This document shows, piece after piece, positions 7,841-15,502 of a stretch of DNA of 44,087 nt. How positions within the stretch are numbered: the first letter of the stretch is position 1; the number at the start of each line of letters is the position of its first letter. The stretch is taken from positions 1 through 44,087 of the forward strand of contig JBQCIG010000256.1 in NCBI GenBank assembly GCA_051953975.1, given 5' to 3'. Source of the stretch: Solirubrobacterales bacterium. Lineage in GTDB: Bacteria; Actinomycetota; Thermoleophilia; Solirubrobacterales; 70-9. Below the pieces are notes generated by a model. The model was given only the letters and a program-made list of their open reading frames with translations, had not been told where the DNA came from and made no database searches. Position numbers and translations under genes: made by a program.

Positions 7841-10039
7841 GTGCCCATGTTCGTGCGTAAGAAGCGCGCCGGGTCGGCGCGGCGGGGCAAGCCTGCGGCG
7901 AAACGCAAGCCGAAGGCGGGCCTGCGGCTGCCGGCCGGCCTCGAGCAGCGCCACATCGACCTGATCGCCCTCTTCCTCGTCGCCTTCGGCGTCTACCTCA
8001 CCTTCGTCCTCTTCTTCGGCTGGGAGGGGGGCAAGGTCGGCTACGGCGTCGAAACCGCGCTCACCTACCTGTTCGGGGAGGTCGGGGCGCGGATCTTCAC
8101 GGTCCTCCTGCTGACGGTCGGCGGCATGCTCCTAACCGGCACCTCGGTCTCGGCCCTGGCGCGCGGGGTCGGCAGGGGCCTGCGGGCGCTCTTCCGCGGT
8201 CTCTTCGCCGGCGGCGACGCCGCCGCCCGCACCGTCGCCAGGACCCACTCCGACTGGCGCGAGCACCGTGAAGCCCGAGCCGAGGCCGCGACCCTCGCCG
8301 GGCCCACCGATGTGATGAGCAGCTACCCGGAGGAGGACGAGGACTTCGAACCGACCGTCGCCCTGGCCGAGGAGGACAGCTTCGACGCGCAGCTCTTCGA
8401 CGCCGAGACCTCCGAAGAGGAGGGGCCGGAGCCCGAGGCAGAGCCCACGGAGCTCCAGAACTACGACTCCGAGGACGCCGCCGCGGTGGTCGATCCTGGC
8501 GACCGGGCGCACGCGGGCCTGACCCCGATGGGCTCCAAACGCGGGGTGACGATGTCGGAAGAGATCGACTACCGCCCGCCCGCGCCGAAGCTGCTGGAGC
8601 GGGGCAAAGGCGACAAAGGCCCCGACCCACGCGATCACGAGGCGGTCGGGCGCAAGCTGGTCGAGACGCTCGGCCACTTCGGCGTCGAGGCGAAGATCGT
8701 CGGCATCGTCAGTGGCCCTCACGTCTCCCGCTTCGAGCTGCGCCTCGCGCCCGGGACCAAAGTCAAGAAAGTGACCGAGCTGGCCAACGACATCGCCTAC
8801 GCGCTCGCCTCGACCGACATCCGCATCCTCGCGCCGATTCCCGGCAAGCAGGCGGTCGGGGTCGAGGTGCCGAATCGCAGCCGCAAAATGGTCCGCCTCG
8901 GCGACATCTACGCCGGCCGGCCTGAGAAGACTTCGCCGCTGGTCGCCTGGCTCGGCAAGGGGATCGACGGCAACCCGGTCTGGACCGACATCGCGAAGAT
9001 GCCGCACGTCCTCGTCGCCGGCACCACCGGCTCGGGCAAGAGCGGCTGCGTCAACGCGATCCTCTCCTCGATCCTGATGCAGGCCTCGCCGAACGAAGTC
9101 CGCCTCGTCCTCGTTGACCCCAAGCAGGTCGAGCTCAACCACTACGAGAACGTGCCGCACCTGCTGACGCCGGTGGTCACCTCGCCGCGCCTGGCCGCCA
9201 ACGTCCTCTCCAACCTGATCGGGGAGATGGAGAGCCGCTACGGGATCATGAGCGAGGCCCGCGCCCGCAACCTCGTCGAGCTCAACCGCGTCCGCCGCAA
9301 GCGGGGCGAAGCGCCGCTGCCGCACATCCTCTGCGTGATCGACGAGCTCGCGGACCTAATGATGGTCGCCCCGGCCGAAGTCGAGGACTCGATCATCCGC
9401 CTGGCGCAGAAGTCGCGCGCCACCGGCATTCACCTGGTCCTGGCGACCCAACGCCCCTCGACCGACATCATCACCGGCACGATCAAGGTCAACATCCCCT
9501 CGCGGATCGCCTTCGCCGTCTCCTCGCAGACCGATTCCCGCGTCATCCTCGACCAGGGCGGGGCGGAGGCGCTGCTGGGGCAGGGGGACATGCTCTTCCG
9601 CGGCGCCGGCACCTCAAAGCTGCAGCGCGTCCAGGGCGCCTTCATCACCGAGGATGAGATCGCCCGCATCACCTCGCACTGGGCCAAGCAGGGCGAACCG
9701 GAGTTCGAGGCAGAGCTGCTGGAGACCCCGCAGGAGAGCGGCGAGGATGGCCGCGACGACGACTTCGACCCCGACCGCGACGACCTCCTCGACGAGGCGA
9801 TCCGGCTCGTGGTCCAGACCGAGACCGCCTCGGTCTCGATGATCCAGCGGCGGCTGCGGGTCGGCTACACCCGCGCCGGCCGCCTGATCGACATGCTCGA
9901 GCGGCGCGGCGTCATCTCCGGCTACGAGGGCTCGAAACCGCGCCAGGTCCTGATCACCCAGGCCGATCTTCCCCGGGTCCTCAGCGGCGGCGATAGCGCG
10001 CCGGAGCCGATCGCGGTCGATTCGGACCCGGACGCGTAG
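7841..10039 (+). CDS. ftsK: DNA translocase FtsK
   Basis: N-terminal TM helices, acidic linker, Walker A GTTGSGKS, VIDELADLMM, and a C-terminal gamma-domain-like winged helix (SVSMIQRRLRVGYTRAGRLIDMLE). The start is GTG 7841 or ATG 7847. Confidence 0.93.
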   Translation: MPMFVRKKRAGSARRGKPAAKRKPKAGLRLPAGLEQRHIDLIALFLVAFGVYLTFVLFFGWEGGKVGYGVETALTYLFGEVGARIFTVLLLTVGGMLLTGTSVSALARGVGRGLRALFRGLFAGGDAAARTVARTHSDWREHREARAEAATLAGPTDVMSSYPEEDEDFEPTVALAEEDSFDAQLFDAETSEEEGPEPEAEPTELQNYDSEDAAAVVDPGDRAHAGLTPMGSKRGVTMSEEIDYRPPAPKLLERGKGDKGPDPRDHEAVGRKLVETLGHFGVEAKIVGIVSGPHVSRFELRLAPGTKVKKVTELANDIAYALASTDIRILAPIPGKQAVGVEVPNRSRKMVRLGDIYAGRPEKTSPLVAWLGKGIDGNPVWTDIAKMPHVLVAGTTGSGKSGCVNAILSSILMQASPNEVRLVLVDPKQVELNHYENVPHLLTPVVTSPRLAANVLSNLIGEMESRYGIMSEARARNLVELNRVRRKRGEAPLPHILCVIDELADLMMVAPAEVEDSIIRLAQKSRATGIHLVLATQRPSTDIITGTIKVNIPSRIAFAVSSQTDSRVILDQGGAEALLGQGDMLFRGAGTSKLQRVQGAFITEDEIARITSHWAKQGEPEFEAELLETPQESGEDGRDDDFDPDRDDLLDEAIRLVVQTETASVSMIQRRLRVGYTRAGRLIDMLERRGVISGYEGSKPRQVLITQADLPRVLSGGDSAPEPIAVDSDPDA

Positions 10040-10090
10040 CTTTCAAACTCTGTTTGCGAACTGCCCGATTTCCCCCCAAAATGGGGATAA

Positions 10091-10873
10091 ATGGAGAACG
10101 GAGTCGGGAACAAGCTGCTCGAGGCCCGCACCCGGCGCTCCCTCGGCCTGCAGGAGGTTGAAGCGGCGACGAAGATCCGGGCTCGTTACCTGCAGGCGAT
10201 CGAGAACGAAGACTGGGACCAGTTGCCGGGCGACACCTACGCGCGCGCCTTCGTCCGCACCTACGGCAGCTTTCTCGGCCTCGACGGCGAGCGCCTGGCC
10301 GAGGAACAGCGGCAGGCGCGCGGCTCGGCACGGCCCGGCGAGCGGCTGCTGCGGGTCGAGCCGCGGCCGCGCAGGGTGGTGCGATCGAGGAACGGGCGCC
10401 GGCGGGGCCCAAGCGTATCTCCGCGGTTCGTCGCGGTGGTCGTCTCCGCCCTCGTAGTGGCGGCGCTGCTCGTGGTCGGCCTCTCCACCGGTGGGGGATC
10501 GAATGGAACGGGCGCTGGAGCGGGGAAGGGGGCGAAGAAGCACGCGAGGGCAAGAAATCAGCAGCAGGGCAAACAGCAGACGTCCTTCGCGGGGCACACG
10601 CTGAAACTCCAGGCCAACGGCGAAGTCTGGGTCTGCCTGCTCGACGCGGCGGGAAAGCCGCTGGTCAATGGGCAGGTCCTTCTCCCGGGCGAAACCGAAG
10701 GGCCGTTCCGTTCCGGTAGCTTCACCTTGGCGCTGGGTAATGGCGCCGTGACGATGACCGTAGACGGGCAGCGAGCAAAGACCCCCGAACCTTCGAGCCC
10801 GATCGGGTTCACTGTCGATTCAAAGGGCTCGATTCGCGAATTGCCCGAAGGCGAACGGCCCACCTGCACGTGA
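10091..10873 (+). CDS. RodZ-like membrane protein (HTH, TM segment, C-terminal beta domain)
   Basis: N-terminal HTH (LLEARTRRSLGLQEVEAATKIRARYLQAIENEDW, then ARAFVRTYGSFLGLD), one TM segment (FVAVVVSALVVAALLVVGL), and a C-terminal DUF4115-like region. Confidence 0.65.
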   Translation: MENGVGNKLLEARTRRSLGLQEVEAATKIRARYLQAIENEDWDQLPGDTYARAFVRTYGSFLGLDGERLAEEQRQARGSARPGERLLRVEPRPRRVVRSRNGRRRGPSVSPRFVAVVVSALVVAALLVVGLSTGGGSNGTGAGAGKGAKKHARARNQQQGKQQTSFAGHTLKLQANGEVWVCLLDAAGKPLVNGQVLLPGETEGPFRSGSFTLALGNGAVTMTVDGQRAKTPEPSSPIGFTVDSKGSIRELPEGERPTCT

Positions 10874-12144
10874 TCCGCGCCGGCATCCTCGTCACCGGGA
10901 CCGAGGTGATCACCGGGCGGATAGCCGACGCCAACGGCCCCTGGATCTCCGAGCGCCTGGCCGAGCTGGGGGTCGAGGTGGCCCATATCCAGGTCGTCGC
11001 CGACCGCCCCGACGACCTCGAAGCGGCGTTGCGGTTCATGGCTGCGGAGGGAATGGACCTGATCGTCACCAGTGGCGGCCTCGGTCCGACTGCGGACGAC
11101 CTGACGGCGGAGATAGTCGGCCGCTTCGCCGGGCGGGAGATGGTCCTCGACGAGGAGATGGAGGCGAAGATCGCCGCGATCCTCGACGGCTTCGCCAAAC
11201 GCTTCCGGCTCGACCGGGCGGCGATGCTGGAGGCGAACCGCAAGCAGGCGATGGTGCCGGAGGGGGCAGTTGCCCTCGACCCGGTGGGGACCGCGCCCGG
11301 GCTGGTGGTGCCGGCAGGCGATCGGGTCGTCGTCGTCCTGCCCGGCCCGCCGCGGGAGCTGCAGCCGATGTGGCCGGTGGCGGTGGAGACGCCGCAGGTA
11401 CGGGAGATCCTCGACCGGGCGACGCCGCTGCACGGCTACACGATGCGGATGTTCGGCGTCCCCGAGTCCGAAATCGCCAAGAGCTTGCGGGAGATGGTGG
11501 GGGAGGGAGTCGACCTCGGTCGGGTCGAGATCACGACCTGCCTGCGCCGCGGCGAGATCGAGATCGACGTCCGCTACCGCGACGAGTCGGCGGGGGTGGC
11601 CGAGGCCGTGCGCGAAGGGCTGGTGCGACGGCACCGGCGCGAGACCTTCAGCATCGACGGCGAGACGATCGACTCGCAGGTGGCGACGCTGTTGCTGGGG
11701 CACCGCCTGGGGCTGGCGGAGTCCTGCAGCGGCGGCCTGCTGGCGGCGCGGATTACGGACCTAGCCGGCGCTTCGGAGTACTTCGCCGGCGGCGTCGTCG
11801 CCTACTCAAACGAGGCGAAGGCGGAGTTGTTGGGGGTCGAGCCGGAACTGATCGAGGCGAAGGGAGCGGTCTCACCGGAGGTGGCCGAGGCGATGGCGAT
11901 CGGCGCCCTGGAGCGCTTCGACGCCGACGTCGCGGTCTCGGTCACCGGCATCGCCGGCCCCGGCGGCGGCAGCGAGGAAAAGCCGATCGGCTACGTCTGC
12001 TTCAACGCCCGCCTCGCCGATGGCACCGCGATCGCCCGCGATCCGGTGATCCCCGGCGGCCGGGCCGACATCCGCGAACGCTCCGCCCTGGTCGGGCTGC
12101 ACCTGCTGCGGCAGCTGCTCGGCGAGGGGGAGGGGAGTTTGTAA
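10870..12144 (+). CDS. cinA: CinA-family competence/damage-inducible protein (MoCF-binding plus PncC-like NMN deamidase domains)
   Basis: MIRAGILVTGTEVITGRIADANGPWI, then TSGGLGPTADDLT, and a C-terminal ESCSGGLLAA..TGIAGPGGG deamidase domain. GTGA overlap with the upstream stop. Confidence 0.88.
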   Translation: MIRAGILVTGTEVITGRIADANGPWISERLAELGVEVAHIQVVADRPDDLEAALRFMAAEGMDLIVTSGGLGPTADDLTAEIVGRFAGREMVLDEEMEAKIAAILDGFAKRFRLDRAAMLEANRKQAMVPEGAVALDPVGTAPGLVVPAGDRVVVVLPGPPRELQPMWPVAVETPQVREILDRATPLHGYTMRMFGVPESEIAKSLREMVGEGVDLGRVEITTCLRRGEIEIDVRYRDESAGVAEAVREGLVRRHRRETFSIDGETIDSQVATLLLGHRLGLAESCSGGLLAARITDLAGASEYFAGGVVAYSNEAKAELLGVEPELIEAKGAVSPEVAEAMAIGALERFDADVAVSVTGIAGPGGGSEEKPIGYVCFNARLADGTAIARDPVIPGGRADIRERSALVGLHLLRQLLGEGEGSL

Positions 12145-12188
12145 ACTCCCGGAGTCCTCAATGGACAACTTCGCTTGGGAGGCGATGC

Positions 12189-12842
12189 ATGGGAAGGTCG
12201 ATTCGGGGAGCGGCGGTTTTGGCAGGCGCGGTGGCCTTGGTCGCAGTCTCTGCGCCGAGCGCTTTCGGCTCCACGGCGCAGATCGTCAAGGCCTCCGTCA
12301 ACTCGAGCTGGACTCGGGGTACCTTTGCGGGCACGGTGGAATGGTCCGGCTGCGCTCATGGGCCGAAAACCGTCGAATGCGCCTGGGTCCCATACGCCGC
12401 GATTGCGACTGGCAACTCGTCGGAAGCCTGCGAATCGTCCAGCCGCGACGCTCTCTGGGAAGGCCAGAGGCAGGCTGCGGTTGGCTCCCAGTCCTTCGAA
12501 GTGACCGAAGTCCCGCTCGACGGCAGCGGTGGCAAGGTCCTCTGCCTCGGGCTGATCGAAACGATCGTCGAGGAACTGCCTTGCATGCCTCCGGGGGAAC
12601 CGATTCCGCCCGGCTGGCACTGCCCTTACCAAACCTCGAGCGTCGATGTCCCCCTCGCATCCCGGGTCCTGGATGCGCCGACTGAACCGGATCACCCCCA
12701 CGGGGAACCGGGCGAAGGCGAACCGCCGAAACCGGTGACGCGGGAGTGTCCTCGCGGCCGTCACCGTCGCCATGGCCACTGCGTTCCACCCCGGCACCAC
12801 CGAATTTCACTCTCTCAGCACCGGAAAGCTCCGGCGGGGTAG
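12189..12842 (+). CDS. Hypothetical secreted Cys-rich protein with a His/Arg-rich C-terminus
   Basis: GGGAGG lies 6 nt before ATG 12189. Clear signal peptide (MGRSIRGAAVLAGAVALVAVSAPSAFG/STAQ). GC3 bias is present but codon choice is atypical (GAA preferred over GAG). No family recognised. The 3' end overlaps the convergent gene by 36 nt. Confidence 0.5.
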   Translation: MGRSIRGAAVLAGAVALVAVSAPSAFGSTAQIVKASVNSSWTRGTFAGTVEWSGCAHGPKTVECAWVPYAAIATGNSSEACESSSRDALWEGQRQAAVGSQSFEVTEVPLDGSGGKVLCLGLIETIVEELPCMPPGEPIPPGWHCPYQTSSVDVPLASRVLDAPTEPDHPHGEPGEGEPPKPVTRECPRGRHRRHGHCVPPRHHRISLSQHRKAPAG

Positions 12843-14504
12843 AGCTTCGCTGCTCGGGCCGTCTGGGTTGCGATCGCTGGCAAGCAGCAGCTCGATCATC
12901 GCGGCGGCATAGAAGGGCGTGGCGCCGTCGATGTCGTCGCTGGCGCACCACTCCGCATACTCGCTGAGCAACCGCTCGCGGTCGAGAAAGCCGAGCGCCG
13001 CCAATCTCGGGGCGGAGAACAGGGATCCGGCGAGGGCGCGCGCGGGGCCCCGCATCGCAGCCGCCAGCGCCGGCAGGAAGTCATCGCGCTGCGCCGGGCG
13101 GCTGACTGCGCGAGGGCAGCCGGCGCGGTCGAGCACCGCGCGCTGGACGCGACGGCGACGGCGCCAGGTGGCCGGCAGGTGACCACAGAAGCGGACCAGC
13201 TCCGGCGTCGCCAGCGGGTGGACCGCCCACAGTCCGCGCCGCATGTACATCGCCGAGCCGATCGCCAGCGTCTCCGGAACCGACCTGGCGGCTAGTGGGC
13301 GCGGCACCGGGTCGAGGGCAGCTGCGCCGTCGCCGAGGGTCTCAAGGACGGCGGGGGAGAGGAAGCGCGGCACGCCTGACCAGCGGCCCTGTCGCTCGTC
13401 GGGCGGACGGGAGGTCGCCCGCGGGGGGTCGCCCGGCCGCCACCCGCACAACTCGTCTCCGCCCAGGCCGGTGAGGATCAGGTCGGCGCCGCTTGCGGCG
13501 GCAGCGGCGAGGGCCGCGTCGGCTGCCTCGTAGTAGTACTCCTCCCACGGCATGGTCAGGCCACCGGTGGCGCGGCAGCCGCCAGGCGCCAGGGGGAGGT
13601 GGTCGAGGATGTCGACCTCGCGGTCCTGCAGCCCAAAACGCTCGACGACCAGCCCGCGGCGGCGACGCTGGTCGGCGCGGCATGGCCCGGCGAGAGAGAT
13701 CCCGCAACTATGGAGCGGCGCCCCGGACACCGCGGCGGCTGCGGCGGCTACCGAAGCCGAGTCGAGCCCGCCGCTGACCTCTATTGCGACACCGCCATGG
13801 TGGCCGTCGAGCCAGCGCCGCAACGAGGAGGTAAGGATTTCCCAGAAAGCCGCCGCTGGATCGGCGCCCGCTTTGAGCGCCGTGGGTCGCGGCAGCGGGG
13901 CAGGCTCGGGGTACTCCGCGGTGAGCGCGCCGTCGGTGCCCCTGGACGGGCGCCAGCGCAGGCGCGAGCGCTCGGTCTGCATCAGCAGGCCCGGCAGCAT
14001 CGTCGTTCGCGAGTAACCGCAGTCCGCGCGGGCCACGAAGTGTGCCGCCCGCTGCGGGTCGAGGCCGGGCTCTGAGATGAGCGGGCGCAATCGGACTGGG
14101 TCCCAGTCCCCCCACAATTCCTCGCCGCGGGCCAGCACGAAGACCGGCGCGGTTCCCCAAGAGCTCGTCTCGAGGTCGGCGCCGGCACCGGGCCCGCCGA
14201 GCGACAGGGTCAACACCGACCAGTGCAGCGGCCATTTCCGCATCGCCTTCAAGACCTCGGCGGCGGCCGCCCGCGTGGCTCGGGTGAGACCGCCGGGGCA
14301 GGGTCGCAGCCCGGACTCGGGACGGGGCTCTCCCGCACAACGCTCGCGGACCACGACCAGGAGGCGCCCGTCGCTGAGCAGCGCGAAGTCCTCCAGCGCG
14401 GGATGCCGGAATGGCTCGACGCTATTCCGGCCCGCGATCCAGCCGGTGGGGGTGGGGCGCCACGGCGAGGTAGCGTCCCGTGCATCGAGGCGAAACGCGA
14501 GCAC
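12807..14504 (-). CDS. Asparagine synthetase B-like / lasso-cyclase-like PP-loop ATP pyrophosphatase lacking the glutaminase Cys nucleophile
   Basis: 565 aa. SGGLDSAS PP-loop, LILTGLGGDELCG, and an AsnB-type C-terminal region (HPLATPELVRFCGHLP...). The N-terminus is MLAFRLD, with no Cys2. The GTG start at 14504 lies inside a hairpin arm, so the start is uncertain. Confidence 0.75.
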   Translation of the reverse strand: MLAFRLDARDATSPWRPTPTGWIAGRNSVEPFRHPALEDFALLSDGRLLVVVRERCAGEPRPESGLRPCPGGLTRATRAAAAEVLKAMRKWPLHWSVLTLSLGGPGAGADLETSSWGTAPVFVLARGEELWGDWDPVRLRPLISEPGLDPQRAAHFVARADCGYSRTTMLPGLLMQTERSRLRWRPSRGTDGALTAEYPEPAPLPRPTALKAGADPAAAFWEILTSSLRRWLDGHHGGVAIEVSGGLDSASVAAAAAAVSGAPLHSCGISLAGPCRADQRRRRGLVVERFGLQDREVDILDHLPLAPGGCRATGGLTMPWEEYYYEAADAALAAAAASGADLILTGLGGDELCGWRPGDPPRATSRPPDERQGRWSGVPRFLSPAVLETLGDGAAALDPVPRPLAARSVPETLAIGSAMYMRRGLWAVHPLATPELVRFCGHLPATWRRRRRVQRAVLDRAGCPRAVSRPAQRDDFLPALAAAMRGPARALAGSLFSAPRLAALGFLDRERLLSEYAEWCASDDIDGATPFYAAAMIELLLASDRNPDGPSSEALPRRSFPVLRE

Positions 14505-14512
14505 GGGACGCT
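14472..14512 (-). promoter_or_regulatory. Perfect 12-bp stem hairpin between the small peptide ORF and the AsnB-like gene (attenuator-like)
   Basis: AGCGTCCCGTGC (14472-14483) and GCACGGGACGCT (14501-14512) are separated by a 17-nt loop. The upstream arm on the minus-strand transcript (14501-14512) contains the GTG start codon (14504-14502) of the AsnB-like ORF. Confidence 0.5.
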
Positions 14513-14519
14513 GCTACGC

Positions 14520-14705
14520 CTACTCGTCGTCGGCGAACTGGGCTTTTCCCTTCGCGTCGCGCGGGGGTTCGACCTTGGCCTCCGCCTCCTCTGCCTCGCC
14601 GGACGCCCGGCTTGCGACCGGTTCGCCGTCGAAGAGGTCGAGACCGTCGGGTACTTCTATCCGCGCTGCGGGTTTCGCATCTCCGGAGTTTCTACTACGC
14701 GTCAT
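14520..14705 (-). CDS. Small acidic peptide ORF (61 aa), candidate precursor or substrate peptide
   Basis: GGGAGGAG sits immediately upstream of ATG 14705. The ORF encodes MTRSRNSGDAKPAARIEVPDGLDLFDGEPVASRASGEAEEAEAKVEPPRDAKGKAQFADDE. It ends 15 nt before the AsnB-like start. GC3 bias holds over most of its length, and the first codons are rare ones (AGA, ATA, GTA). Confidence 0.4.
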   Translation of the reverse strand: MTRSRNSGDAKPAARIEVPDGLDLFDGEPVASRASGEAEEAEAKVEPPRDAKGKAQFADDE

Positions 14706-14844
14706 TGCTCCTCCCGTCGGAATAAACACAGTAGAACACAGCAGTGAAGTAACCACTATGTAATCACACCATCCTGATCTCTATCCAGCCCGACTGCTCC
14801 CGCCTTGTTCCAATTCGGACCGATCCCCGTGACGCACTTTTGAC

Positions 14845-14857
14845 ACAAGAGTCTTGT
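14845..14857. promoter_or_regulatory. Perfect palindrome ACAAGAgTCTTGT overlapping a TTGACA hexamer upstream of ligT-recA (candidate operator)
   Basis: ACAAGA-g-TCTTGT at 14845-14857. TTGACA at 14840-14845. About 33 nt upstream of ATG 14890. I saw no convincing -10 element. Confidence 0.25.
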
Positions 14858-14889
14858 TCCGTCACACCCGGCCCCCTAGCGTGGTCCCC

Positions 14890-15489
14890 ATGGCCAAGGA
14901 AAGACTGAAGAGCCCGCGGGCGCGCCTGTTCGTCGCCCTCGACCTGCCGGATCGGATCCGGGAGGGGATCGCGGCGTGGGGAAGGGAGGCGCTGTCGGAT
15001 CCGGCGCTGCGGCCGGTCCCGGTCGAGTCCCTCCACGTCACCCTTGCCTTCCTCGGCTACCGGCCGGAGAAGGAGGTGGAGCGGATCGCCGCAGCGGTGC
15101 GGTAAAGCGCCGGCGCGGCGGCGCTGGTCGAGCTGCTCGACCCGGTCCAGCGTCCGCCGCGGGGGAGGGCGCGGCTGTTCGCGCTACCGGCGCTCTAGCC
15201 CGGCGCGGAGGCGCTGCAGGCCGGGTTGGAGCAGAGACTTGTCGAAGGGGGCTTCTACGAGCCCGAGAAGCGGCCGTTCTGGCCGCATGTGACCGTGGCT
15301 CGGGTGCGTCCCGAGGCGCGGGGATCGAGGCGACCGGCGGTCGTCGCGGATCCGCCGGCGAAGTTGCCGGCAGGCCTGTCGGAGGCTTTTCTTGGCGTCC
15401 GGCTGGCTCTGTACCGTTTTGAACTTAAGCCTACGGGTGCGCAATACGTGCCCCTGGCCCAAATCGAGCTGCCCGGAGCAGGGTGGTAG
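14890..15489 (+). pseudogene. thpR: RNA 2',3'-cyclic phosphodiesterase (2H phosphoesterase, ThpR/LigT) interrupted by two in-frame stop codons
   Basis: Both 2H-family HxT motifs are present in one frame (LHVTLAFLG and PHVTVARV). In-frame TAA at 15103-15105 and TAG at 15196-15198. There is no frameshift: ORFs 14854..15105 and 15226..15489 share a frame. Confidence 0.65.
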
Positions 15490-15502
15490 TGAGGTGGATG
15501 AG

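Noticed and set aside
12161-12685. Alternative plus-strand frames (12161..12685 and 12175..12504) over the secreted-protein gene.
   Set aside because: Their translations are Arg/Gly-rich without a signal peptide or GC3 bias. The 12189 frame has an RBS, a signal peptide and a coherent composition.
12807-14756. A canonical lasso-peptide biosynthetic cluster.
   Set aside because: No B1 (RRE) or B2 (transglutaminase-like protease) ORF and no ABC exporter lies on either side. The minus-strand frames downstream of the cyclase-like gene (12145-12806) look like non-coding shadow ORFs. The peptide lacks the Thr at -2 and has an atypically long acidic C-terminal part. I therefore report it only as lasso-cyclase-like.
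14764-15036. A 90-aa minus-strand ORF upstream of the small peptide ORF.
   Set aside because: It is antisense to the recognisable ligT/thpR N-terminus and has no RBS or motif. It is probably a shadow ORF.
15100-15230. A frameshift in ligT/thpR.
   Set aside because: On re-reading the codons, ORFs 14854..15105 and 15226..15489 are in the same frame. The disruption consists of two in-frame stops (TAA and TAG), not a frameshift.
15400-15502. A LexA (Cheo-type GAAC-N4-GTTC) SOS box upstream of recA, and likewise upstream of dinB (42770-42833).
   Set aside because: Only partial half-sites are present (GTACCGTTTTGAAC, CTTAAG). Nothing matches the palindromic consensus.
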